Source: Chthoniobacteraceae bacterium (GTDB taxonomy: Bacteria; Verrucomicrobiota; Verrucomicrobiia; Chthoniobacterales; Chthoniobacteraceae). From it: a stretch of DNA of 64,000 nt. A program made the translations under genes and the position numbers. The stretch is from assembly GCA_037190965.1 (NCBI GenBank), contig JBBCKI010000029.1, positions 1-64,000 of the forward strand, given 5' to 3'. Under the pieces are notes generated by a model. That model searched no databases, had not been told where the DNA came from, and worked only from the letters and a program-made list of their open reading frames with translations. Positions 9,889 through 20,018 of this stretch are shown here, in pieces (within the stretch, counting starts at the first letter, position 1; each line of letters opens with the position of its first letter).

Positions 9889-10503
9889 ATGAAGGTATTA
9901 TTGCTTTCCGGTGCGGCACTATTTGCATGCTTAACAGCGTCTATTCAAGCAAACGTCATTCTGGTTAGTGATTTGATTTGGAATGGCGGGTTTGAGGATG
10001 GTGTTTCATCACCGTGGGGCGGAGTCACGGCTGTTTCAGATCCAGCTTTCGCTCATTCTGGAAATTGGTATGGTCAAGTAAGCGGAACCCGAGCGGACGT
10101 TTTTCTGTTTCTTCCAATCCTGAATGCAGACGGGCATGAGTTCGTCCTCTCGTTCTGGGCTAGAATTCCCGAGGTGGACGGCTTCGGCTCTCTGTCTGTA
10201 GCATTGTCAGATAAGGGCTTTGTGTCATCTGCAACGGTTGTTCCCTTGGCTCAGCCTGCTTTGTCCTCGGACGAGTGGAGGTTTTTTTCTTTCGCGCTAT
10301 CGACTCAAGAAATCTGGGATGATTCAGGGAACAGTCGCATAGCAATCGGGTTTCCACATTCGCCAGGTGTTCGCTACGCTTACATTGATGATATCCAGTT
10401 TTGGCAGATTCCTGAGCCGAGCTCCATGACTATGCTCATTGCAACGCTTGTGATGGCATTTGCTAAAATGAACTCAATGAAGATGCCCTCATTGCGGGTA
10501 TAG
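9889..10503 (+). CDS. PEP-CTERM protein with carbohydrate-binding-like (CBM4/9-type) domain
   Basis: Signal peptide, LIWNGGFEDG, AYIDDI, C-terminal IPEPSS + hydrophobic segment. Confidence 0.8.
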   Translation: MKVLLLSGAALFACLTASIQANVILVSDLIWNGGFEDGVSSPWGGVTAVSDPAFAHSGNWYGQVSGTRADVFLFLPILNADGHEFVLSFWARIPEVDGFGSLSVALSDKGFVSSATVVPLAQPALSSDEWRFFSFALSTQEIWDDSGNSRIAIGFPHSPGVRYAYIDDIQFWQIPEPSSMTMLIATLVMAFAKMNSMKMPSLRV

Positions 10504-10539
10504 GGGTATGATGAGAGCTCCTTCGAGCTCTGTGGGTTT

Positions 10540-10995
10540 TCAATCGCATTGTGGTGGCAGGTCGGAATCACCCATGATCTCATTGATCCTGAAGGTGAAA
10601 TCGCCGCGATCCGTGCAGATGGCCACCTCGGTGATGGGCTTTCCGTAGCATAGCGCGCGGATGGGATCGGGGGCCGCCGGGGCGTCCGTGATGGTGATGA
10701 ATGAAGTTCCGTATCCGCAAAGCCGACGCGGAAAACCTTTGAGCAGGGAGGCTCCGTTCGTTTTCTCACGCGGCGCGTGCAGCGACGGGTAGAATTCGTT
10801 ATTGATCAGGACACTCGTGACCGTGATGGGGCGGTGTGACAAAGAGGTGATTTGAACTCCTCCGATGACCCCATAGTTGAGGTACTCGACGGCCAGTATC
10901 TCCTCTGTCCGCCTTTGGTTGGCACCGCAATTTGCAGGCGTAAATAACGTAAAGGCCAATGCGGCCGCCGATGGGAGATAATAGGTCTTTTGCAT
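10540..10995 (-). CDS. Hypothetical exported protein
   Basis: 151-aa ORF with a signal-peptide-like N-terminus, preceded by GAAGGA and a structured leader. Confidence 0.6.
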   Translation of the reverse strand: MQKTYYLPSAAALAFTLFTPANCGANQRRTEEILAVEYLNYGVIGGVQITSLSHRPITVTSVLINNEFYPSLHAPREKTNGASLLKGFPRRLCGYGTSFITITDAPAAPDPIRALCYGKPITEVAICTDRGDFTFRINEIMGDSDLPPQCD

Positions 10996-11017
10996 GGTTG
11001 GAGATCCTTCCAGCGCA

Positions 11018-11170
11018 AAAACAAAGGGCGCGACCCAGCGCGCCGGCTAGAGGGCCCTAGGAAGCCCATACCTCGACGCAACCGAGCCGCGCCGATGGGG
11101 CGCGGTCAGCAAGGCGTTCGAGGCGTGAAAATTTCCTAGGTTCTCTAGCCGAACATCTGCTTTCGCAGCT
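11018..11170 (-). ncRNA. Putative structured cis-regulatory leader RNA (attenuator-like)
   Basis: Minus strand: GAAA-tetraloop hairpin, nested stems GGCTAGAG/CTCTAGCC, CCTAGGAA/TTCCTAGG, CCTCGA/TCGAGG, CCGCGCC/GGCGCGG, then a GC hairpin + U-tract. Confidence 0.55.
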
Positions 11171-11322
11171 AAATTATTTAATATGTAACTTTGGAATATC
11201 CTCTCAAAGGCCCGTCGCGTCAATCGTCAATAGATTCTGGAATCGGCGATTTTTTCTCTGCTCTTCATCTGTTTGCGTAACCGGTTGAGCATAAGCGGTT
11301 TTTCCGAATTGTGCGGTAGCAC

Positions 11323-11468
11323 GGTAGTCCGCTCGCGCCGTCGAGCGCGGGGTTCGGCTCCGTGGCTTCATAGGGGCCGCATCCCAACACCAATTGCCCG
11401 TCCTGCGGGGATGGGGGTCAAACGCGGCTCGTAAACCCATCCCGCGCTCGCGGCGCGAGCGGACTACC
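11323..11468 (+). repeat. GTAG-type REP doublet, family A copy 2
   Basis: GGTAGTCCGCTCGCGCCGTCGAGCGCGGG ... CCCGCGCTCGCGGCGCGAGCGGACTACC. Confidence 0.88.
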
Positions 11469-11575
11469 TTCGCGCTCTTCCGTCACTCACGTGCCGCAAT
11501 CCCATCCGCTTCAGCTTCGGGTTGTCGGGTTAATAAAAATCTTTTCTTATTCATTGGCTTATCGAATAAGGGATC

Positions 11576-14500
11576 ATGCAATCCTTGGCGACTGCCTCTC
11601 TTTCTTTCCCGTTACGACGGCTCGTTACGGCCTTCACGCTGAGCACCCTGCTTTTCCCAGTGCTTGCAGCCCATGGCCAGACGACGTGGATTGTTCCCTC
11701 CGATGATGCCAAGTTGTGGAATGAGGGTTCGGCCTGGAGCAACGGGGTACCTGGTGGAGGCACGGATGCAGTGGTCGATAACGGAGGCAATGTGCTCGTC
11801 GACAAGACGTCGAATGGCTCTTATGGAACGCTGCTGCTGGGGAATACCTCTGCCGGCAATCTGTATATCTACAACCTGGGCCAGCTTGTCGGGACGAACG
11901 CCATTTTGGGCGCTAATTACTCTGCGACGCCTTTTGCCGGAACCGCCTCGGTATCGACCGGGGGGCGGTGGACGAATTCGGGCACTCTGACGATCGGCAA
12001 GTACGGTACCGGCTCCCTGTGGGTGACCGACGCCACGGTTTCCAACGGCGAGACGGTGATAGGCGAGTTCAATACGGGCACGGTAACGGTCAATTCCGGC
12101 ACATTGGCGACTTCAGGGACGCTGATTACAGGGGTGCGGGCGCGCGGAACGCTCGATATTAAGGGAGGCTCGGTGACAGCGTCCACCGTGACCGTTGGTG
12201 AGGAGTTCAGCCCCTTCCTGGATGGCGGCGGTTACGTGACGGTATCGGGAGGAACGCTCAGCTCTGCAGGCGATCTGACCGTGGGGAATCGGGGGAAGGG
12301 AGACCTGACCATTAGCGGGGGGCTTGTCACCAACGTGAACGGTTATATCGGAAGAAACCCATCGTCTCCGTTGCCTCCCAGCGGGGTCGTGACGGTGACC
12401 AGCGGCACCTGGGCGAATTCGAACAATCTTTATGTGGGGGGCGCCGGTACCGGGACGCTCAATGTCAGCGGGGGCCTGGTTTCGAATGCCAACGCCTATT
12501 TGGGCGGCCCGTTCCTCGGCTCAGCGGCAGTTGCCAACGTGAGCGGCAGCGGGACTTGGACCACCACGGGAACGCTGGCCGTTGGAGCCGGGGGAGCAGG
12601 GGCGATGAATATCACCGGGGGCACGGTCAATAGCACCGAAGCGGTTTTGGGAGCCTTCAATCCGAACTATCCGGGAATGCCCGGCTCGGGAACGGCGACA
12701 GTTTCCGGCGGGACATGGGTCAACTCCGGCACGCTTCGGCTTGGGAACGGGGGTACCGGTAAGCTGGACGTTTCGGGGGGATTGGTTTCCACGGCGCAGA
12801 CCGAGAGCTTCAACAGCACGATTCTGGTGACGGGCGGTACCTTCAGTACGACCGGGAGACTCAACACCGTGTCGGGATCGGTTACCGTCGACGGAGGATT
12901 ATTGAGCGCTTCCGATGTATTCTTCTCGGACGTGGGAGGAGGCATGCATGTCGCGGTAAAGAGCGGTACGCTTGCTGCGAATATGCTCTCTGTCACTGGG
13001 TCGGCGACGATGGAGGTCTCCGGCGGGTTGGTGTCCACGACAAATGCCGGTATTTCCGGAGGCGCCCTGATTACCGGCGGCACCTGGAACAACCGGAGTA
13101 ATCTCTATGCTGGGGCCGCCGCCAATTCGTTTGAGATTCAAGGTGGGTACGTCGCCTCCGAGATGTTCTACACGGCTGGGACGACGGTGACGGGCGGCAC
13201 GTTGTCTGCCGCCGGATTGTATGTGAGCGGCACCTTGGATATCGCCGGAGGAATGGTCTCCAGTACGACCGGAATCGTCGGATACAATTCCGGAAGCCCT
13301 GGTGCCACCGGGGTGGCGACCGTGAGCAGCGGAACCTGGGCAACGAAAGGCCTGATCATCGGATATAATGCCCAAGGGACATTGAATCTCGCCGATACCG
13401 GCACGGTGGTGATCGATAGCGGCACGGGAACCCTGCAACTGGGCAACGGCCAAAGCACCGTAAACTTCGGAAATGGAGGGGCGGCGGGAAGTTTGCAGGC
13501 GGCCAAAATCGAGGGCGGGTTCGGGACGCACGAGGTCAACTTCAACCATACCGGGACGGCGACCTTTAGCACTCAGCTTTCTGGCAATCTCTCGGTCAAC
13601 AAGCTCGGCGAAGGAACTTCCACCCTCACCGGCTTGAACTCTTATACCGGCGAGACTCATGTGCATTCGGGAACGCTTGCGGTGGCTTCGGGAGCTTCGC
13701 TTGGCAACACGGCCAATATTTATGTCGGGGAGACATCCGGCAAGAAAGGCACGCTTGTTTCCGGCGGGGTGGTCTCCACGGGAACGACATTAGTGGGCAA
13801 TGTCGAGGGCGGTGAAGGGGTGGTCGCCGTGACTGGGGGCAGTTGGGATACGGACCTGTTTTCCGTGGGCGTTTCCTCCCGTGGAACGCTGAACCAGAGC
13901 GGCGGCGCTGTCACTTCGCGCGTGGCGTCTATCGGGGAAAACGCGTCCGGTCGCGGTGCCGCGGTGATCGGCAGCGGCACCTGGACGCAGACGGAGAATC
14001 TTTACCTTGCTTACTCCGGCACGGGATTCCTCACGCTCAACGGCGGTCTGGTGAATAGTGCAACGAGCACGATTTCAAGCAATGCGGGAAGTTATGGGGT
14101 GGCGACGGTCAACAGCGGCACCTGGAACACCACCTCGAAGCTGACGATCTCCAAGACCAAAGATAGCTCGGGTGCGCTGCTTACCTATGGCGGAACCGTC
14201 ACCACAAATTCGCTGGTTTTGGGCGAGGACAAAGGCTCGAACGGGAACGTGAATATGATGGGAGGAGCCCTCCAGGTCGCCGGCAATGTCACCGTCGGCG
14301 ATTATGGAACGGGCGATTTTCGTGTCGAGAACGGCGTTGTGACGACAGGGTCGCACTTCTATTTCGCCAACCAGAAAGGGAGCGTCGCCACGGCTTATGC
14401 GACCAGCGGCAGCTGGAATATCGGTGGTGACTTTGTGGTCGGCAATTTCGGAACGGCGAATCTCGCGATCATCGGCGGAACGATCTCCAGCCAGAAGAGC

Positions 14501-16513
14501 ATCATCGGAGCGGAGCGGACCAATGAAGGACTCAATCAATGGACTTACGGCGTGGGAAGCGTGAGGATGAGCGGCGGGACGTGGAACAACGCCGATCGCT
14601 TGGTCGTCGGAGACTATGGCAATGGCACCCTCACGTTGACCGGCAGCAGTGTCTTACGCGTGGCCAATGGGAATGGCACTCTTGTCCTGGGCGCTCAGGT
14701 TGGTTCAACAGGCATCCTGAACATCGGCGAAGGCGGGGCGGCAGGCACGATCGAGGCCGCTGAGATCACCCGCGGGTTGACCGGGATCGTTCCCTCCGGG
14801 ACTGCGGTGGTGAACATCAATAACAGCGGCACGACGACCATCGCTCCGCGCATTTCCGGGTCGATGGGCCTCAATAAATACGGCACGGGAACGGCCATCC
14901 TGACCGGGTCGAGCACCTACTCGCAGGGCACCCGGATCGAGGGTGGCATTCTGTCGATCGAGGGCGGCGCGATCGATCATTCAGCGGGGCAAATCTCCGT
15001 CAACGCCGCCGGGGCATCGGATGGGATCTCCATCACCAACGGGTTTGTCCGCAACGACTCGACCTACCTTGGGGAAACTATTGGCTCCCGGGGCAGCGCG
15101 GTTATGAACAGCGGCACGTGGGTTCATACCAGTTATCTCTATATCGGAAACCTGGGCAGTGGCGCGTACACGCAAAACGGAGGGGTGGTTTCAGATATCA
15201 ACGCGTATGTGGGAGATCGTGCCACCGGCACGGCCATCGTGAATAGCGGGACTTGGAATCATTCCTCGGCTTTGGTGGTGGGGAGCAGCGCGGAAGGGGC
15301 GCTGACGATCAACGACGGCCTTGTTTCTAGTACCACCGGGGTCATTGGAAATTCCTATCTCGGCGGCGTTGGCACCGTGACGGTGAACGGCGGTGTCTGG
15401 AAGACTCGCGACTTGCAGATTGGCAATTCGGGGACCGGCACGCTGGCTCTCTATGGTGGTGTGGTGGAATCGACCAACGCGTTCGTCGGTTACTCCGGGG
15501 GCCGGGGGGACATCATCCTCGCCGGGACGGAAAACACGCATGGGATGCTGGCGATTAACGAGATTACTCGCATTGGTACCGGTTCGCTCTCGTTCGATGG
15601 CGGTGGAGTTCGTGCGCTCTCCGACCAGTCGAACTGGCTTTCCGGTTTTGCCACCTCGCTTGTCGGGAGCGGCGGCGCTTATTTCGATACTAATGGTCAT
15701 TCCATCAGCCTCGGTACGGTCCTTGGCGGTGCGGGCGGGATCGTCAAGCAGGGCGAGGGGACTCTGACCCTCAACAAACTGAACGCGCTTCTAGGCGATT
15801 CCCTGGTGACGGGCGGCACACTGGCGATTGCCCATTCAAGGGCTCTTGGAAACGGCGGGGTGCGCGTGGAGAACGGCACGCTGTTTGTAAACCGTGACGT
15901 TTCGATCTCCAACGAGGTCGTCCTTGCGGGAGGTGCGTTGGCGGAGCGCCATGGAGCTGGCAGCAATCTTGCCGGAGCTTTGCAGGCGAAGAGCAGTTTT
16001 GCCGGAGGGCCGTCCGACACATCGGTTTCTATCCTTGCAGGAACGGCTTCGATTGAAACAACCTTGATTGCGAGCTTCAGCGCGGCAAACGACAGTGCCG
16101 GGAAGGTCTATAGCGACGTCCTCCATCTCAGCGGGATCCCGACGGTCAGCGGCACGACGACCGATATCTTTGTGCTCGAACTTTCACTAGCCAAGTATAT
16201 CGACGGCACCTACCTGAGCTGGCTCGACGGCTCTGGCGAATGGGTCAATGCCGTGCTTGGGAATACAGGCAACAACGCGAGTCTGCTCCAATTGGGATAC
16301 GAAGGAAGCTTCGCCCAGTTCCAACTCGGCTATGGTTTCAATTTGGAGAACTATATTGGCGCGTGGGGATTCACGGACAAGGGTGTCTGGGCGGTGTTGA
16401 ATCACAACAGCGAGTTTGCCGTGGTGCCGGAGGTATCCACCGGCGTGCTGGTGGGCCTGGGGGCAATCGTGTTTGTGATTTTTCGGAGGCGTAGCCTTCG
16501 GCGGTGTGCGTAA
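11576..16513 (+). CDS. Large PEP-CTERM surface protein with T5SS/PEP-CTERM-associated and autotransporter-associated beta-strand repeats
   Basis: Signal peptide, many GTW.N...L.VG..G.G.L...GG.V repeats, three K.G.GT..L....Y.G.T.V..GTL-like repeats, C-terminal VVPEVS + TM + RRR. Confidence 0.9.
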   Translation: MQSLATASLSFPLRRLVTAFTLSTLLFPVLAAHGQTTWIVPSDDAKLWNEGSAWSNGVPGGGTDAVVDNGGNVLVDKTSNGSYGTLLLGNTSAGNLYIYNLGQLVGTNAILGANYSATPFAGTASVSTGGRWTNSGTLTIGKYGTGSLWVTDATVSNGETVIGEFNTGTVTVNSGTLATSGTLITGVRARGTLDIKGGSVTASTVTVGEEFSPFLDGGGYVTVSGGTLSSAGDLTVGNRGKGDLTISGGLVTNVNGYIGRNPSSPLPPSGVVTVTSGTWANSNNLYVGGAGTGTLNVSGGLVSNANAYLGGPFLGSAAVANVSGSGTWTTTGTLAVGAGGAGAMNITGGTVNSTEAVLGAFNPNYPGMPGSGTATVSGGTWVNSGTLRLGNGGTGKLDVSGGLVSTAQTESFNSTILVTGGTFSTTGRLNTVSGSVTVDGGLLSASDVFFSDVGGGMHVAVKSGTLAANMLSVTGSATMEVSGGLVSTTNAGISGGALITGGTWNNRSNLYAGAAANSFEIQGGYVASEMFYTAGTTVTGGTLSAAGLYVSGTLDIAGGMVSSTTGIVGYNSGSPGATGVATVSSGTWATKGLIIGYNAQGTLNLADTGTVVIDSGTGTLQLGNGQSTVNFGNGGAAGSLQAAKIEGGFGTHEVNFNHTGTATFSTQLSGNLSVNKLGEGTSTLTGLNSYTGETHVHSGTLAVASGASLGNTANIYVGETSGKKGTLVSGGVVSTGTTLVGNVEGGEGVVAVTGGSWDTDLFSVGVSSRGTLNQSGGAVTSRVASIGENASGRGAAVIGSGTWTQTENLYLAYSGTGFLTLNGGLVNSATSTISSNAGSYGVATVNSGTWNTTSKLTISKTKDSSGALLTYGGTVTTNSLVLGEDKGSNGNVNMMGGALQVAGNVTVGDYGTGDFRVENGVVTTGSHFYFANQKGSVATAYATSGSWNIGGDFVVGNFGTANLAIIGGTISSQKSIIGAERTNEGLNQWTYGVGSVRMSGGTWNNADRLVVGDYGNGTLTLTGSSVLRVANGNGTLVLGAQVGSTGILNIGEGGAAGTIEAAEITRGLTGIVPSGTAVVNINNSGTTTIAPRISGSMGLNKYGTGTAILTGSSTYSQGTRIEGGILSIEGGAIDHSAGQISVNAAGASDGISITNGFVRNDSTYLGETIGSRGSAVMNSGTWVHTSYLYIGNLGSGAYTQNGGVVSDINAYVGDRATGTAIVNSGTWNHSSALVVGSSAEGALTINDGLVSSTTGVIGNSYLGGVGTVTVNGGVWKTRDLQIGNSGTGTLALYGGVVESTNAFVGYSGGRGDIILAGTENTHGMLAINEITRIGTGSLSFDGGGVRALSDQSNWLSGFATSLVGSGGAYFDTNGHSISLGTVLGGAGGIVKQGEGTLTLNKLNALLGDSLVTGGTLAIAHSRALGNGGVRVENGTLFVNRDVSISNEVVLAGGALAERHGAGSNLAGALQAKSSFAGGPSDTSVSILAGTASIETTLIASFSAANDSAGKVYSDVLHLSGIPTVSGTTTDIFVLELSLAKYIDGTYLSWLDGSGEWVNAVLGNTGNNASLLQLGYEGSFAQFQLGYGFNLENYIGAWGFTDKGVWAVLNHNSEFAVVPEVSTGVLVGLGAIVFVIFRRRSLRRCA

Positions 16514-16531
16514 AGTTGCTGAGGGTCTCTC

Positions 16532-17170
16532 ATGAAGTGCTTCCCAAAATCCCGCCTGGGAAAGATCCGGTTCGTATTGCTGCTATTCCTCCTTTTAGCG
16601 GCGTGGATCGTTTACCGGCCCGATCGGGTGGGCCTCTATCTTCTCTCGGCCAAGCGCGAGGGCGATATTCTTTTTCAATCGTTGCCTCGCGGGCCGCTTG
16701 TCGATGCGATCGAAGGAGTGACGCAATCGCCTTGGTCGCATTGCGGAATTCTTCTCAAGGAAGACGGGCGCTGGGTCGTCGCCGAATCGATCGGGCACGT
16801 GCGTTACACGCCTCTCTACGATTGGATGCTTCGGGGCCGCAGGTTTCGGGTGGAGTCTTACAGGCTCAGGCATTTGCCCGAGGATTTTCGCGAGCGGCTC
16901 GTCGCGCAGGTCGAATTGTTGCTCGGCAAGTTTTACGATATCCGGTACGCGCCGGAGGATGATGAAATCTACTGCTCCGAGCTGGTGTATAAAGTCTATG
17001 ACCGGGGGCTGGGAATCAAGATCGGGGAGTGGGAGCGGTTTGGGGATCTAAACTGGAAGCCTTTTGAGGCGTTTATCCGTGAGATTGAGAATGGGCCGGT
17101 GCCGCTGGAGCGGCCGATGATTACCCCTGTCGGGCTGACTCGGAGTGCTCTTGTCGAGAAGGTGTTTTAG
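16532..17170 (+). CDS. YiiX/YebB-like permuted papain-like NlpC/P60 cysteine hydrolase
   Basis: EGDILFQ, WSHCGI, LGKFYD, IYCSELVYK (His precedes Cys). Confidence 0.9.
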   Translation: MKCFPKSRLGKIRFVLLLFLLLAAWIVYRPDRVGLYLLSAKREGDILFQSLPRGPLVDAIEGVTQSPWSHCGILLKEDGRWVVAESIGHVRYTPLYDWMLRGRRFRVESYRLRHLPEDFRERLVAQVELLLGKFYDIRYAPEDDEIYCSELVYKVYDRGLGIKIGEWERFGDLNWKPFEAFIREIENGPVPLERPMITPVGLTRSALVEKVF

Positions 17171-17190
17171 TGTTCCGAGTCAGACATGGG

Positions 17191-17216
17191 CGTTCCCAAA
17201 CAGGTTTGGGAACGAG
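17191..17216. repeat. CTCGTT-type REP, family B single unit
   Basis: CGTTCCCAAAC-AG-GTTTGGGAACG-AG perfect hairpin. Confidence 0.7.
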
Positions 17217-17298
17217 GGAAACCTGCAATTCCGTATCCGATAAGGGCATTGACCTGTTTGCGGATTTGAGGATTGTTTGGTGTCGAAGACACCTCAAA

Positions 17299-17850
17299 AT
17301 GGCAAAATCGAATGCGTCTACATTCAGGACAAAACTACTGCGTCCTGCGAAACCGGGCGAGGAGGATTCATGGGCCTTTCTGGTTCTACCAAAAGAAGTA
17401 AGTGACAGGTTGCCGAGGCGTGGCAGAACCTCGGTTGAGGGCACCATCAATGGGTTTCCTTTTCAAGCTACGCTCGATCCGGATGGCCAACTAAGCCATT
17501 GGCTCAAGGTGAGTAAAGAGCTGCGTGAGGCTGCCCATGCGAATATTGGTGAAATGGTAGAGGTTCAAGTTTCACCAGCAGATCCAGAGCCGGAGCCGCG
17601 ACTGCCGGATGATTTACAGGAAGCTCTTGCTGCGTCTCCGGCAGCCAAAGCCGCTTGGGAGGACACAACGACAATTGCACGCGTGGACTGGATTCATTGG
17701 ATTGAATCTTCAAAGCAGGCCAAGACTCGAAAACGTCGAGTGGATGGCGCCTGTGACATGCTTTCTTCGGGCAAGAAGCGTGTCTGCTGCTTTGATCAAT
17801 CAGGCTACTATAGCAAGAGCCTCAGTGCACCTCAGGCGGCGGATCAGTAG
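17299..17850 (+). CDS. YdeI/OmpD-associated family protein (DUF1905 + OmdA domains)
   Basis: VEGTINGFPFQATL, LPDDLQEAL, WIHWIESSKQAKTR.RR. Start at MAKSN. Confidence 0.88.
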   Translation: MAKSNASTFRTKLLRPAKPGEEDSWAFLVLPKEVSDRLPRRGRTSVEGTINGFPFQATLDPDGQLSHWLKVSKELREAAHANIGEMVEVQVSPADPEPEPRLPDDLQEALAASPAAKAAWEDTTTIARVDWIHWIESSKQAKTRKRRVDGACDMLSSGKKRVCCFDQSGYYSKSLSAPQAADQ

Positions 17851-17868
17851 CCTGCTTGCAATATTTTC

Positions 17869-17970
17869 CTCGTTGCCAAACTCCGTTTCGGCACCTTGCA
17901 TGGAACGTGAAGTTTTTCGAATCAGAGATTCGGGGACAATGGCATTACCAATCTGGAGATTGGTAACGAG
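17869..17970. repeat. CTCGTT-type REP doublet, family B internally deleted copy
   Basis: Shares ATCAGAGATTCGGGGACA.TGGCATTACCAATCTGGAGAT.GGTAACGAG with 8764-8914. Confidence 0.75.
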
Positions 17971-17976
17971 GAAAAG

Positions 17977-18017
17977 CTCTTGCACAATCTCATCCGCTCC
18001 AACATCGGAGTTCGGGT
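17977..18017. repeat. Right half of the IS982-like MITE
   Basis: CTCTTGC-N6-TCATCCGCTCCA-NN-ATCGGAGTTCGGGT is colinear with 1122-1162. Confidence 0.6.
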
Positions 18018-18024
18018 TAAATAG

Positions 18025-18059
18025 AAAAGCCCCGGCCAGAGTTTCCTCCAGCCGGGGCT
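18025..18059 (-). terminator. Intrinsic terminator of rpsA
   Basis: AGCCCCGGC...GCCGGGGCT hairpin followed by UUUU on the minus strand. Confidence 0.75.
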
Positions 18060-18085
18060 GACAATCTAAACTGCCAAGAAGGCGA

Positions 18086-19765
<1,680 letters not shown>

Positions 19766-19855
19766 TGAATTATAACTCACGCCACGGTTGCCACAGGTTT
19801 TTCGCCCGGGCTGCCGCACATTTACGGCAGCCTATAACGGGGAAAAGGGAGGGAG

Positions 19856-19883
19856 AGAATACGGGAATTTCAGAGAAAAGCAA
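19856..19883 (-). promoter_or_regulatory. Putative sigma70 promoter of rpsA
   Basis: TTGCTT-N16-TATTCT on the minus strand ~90 nt upstream of the start. Confidence 0.5.
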
Positions 19884-20018
19884 GCGGGGGTTTTACCGTG
19901 GTGGCACTTTCGAGATGTGCAAAAGGAGAACGGGTTGTTATCGGGATTGTGTAGAAAGTGAAGCAATCGTTTGCGATGGCGATGCCTTTGGCGGGGGCTT
20001 TTCTTTGACAAAGATCGA

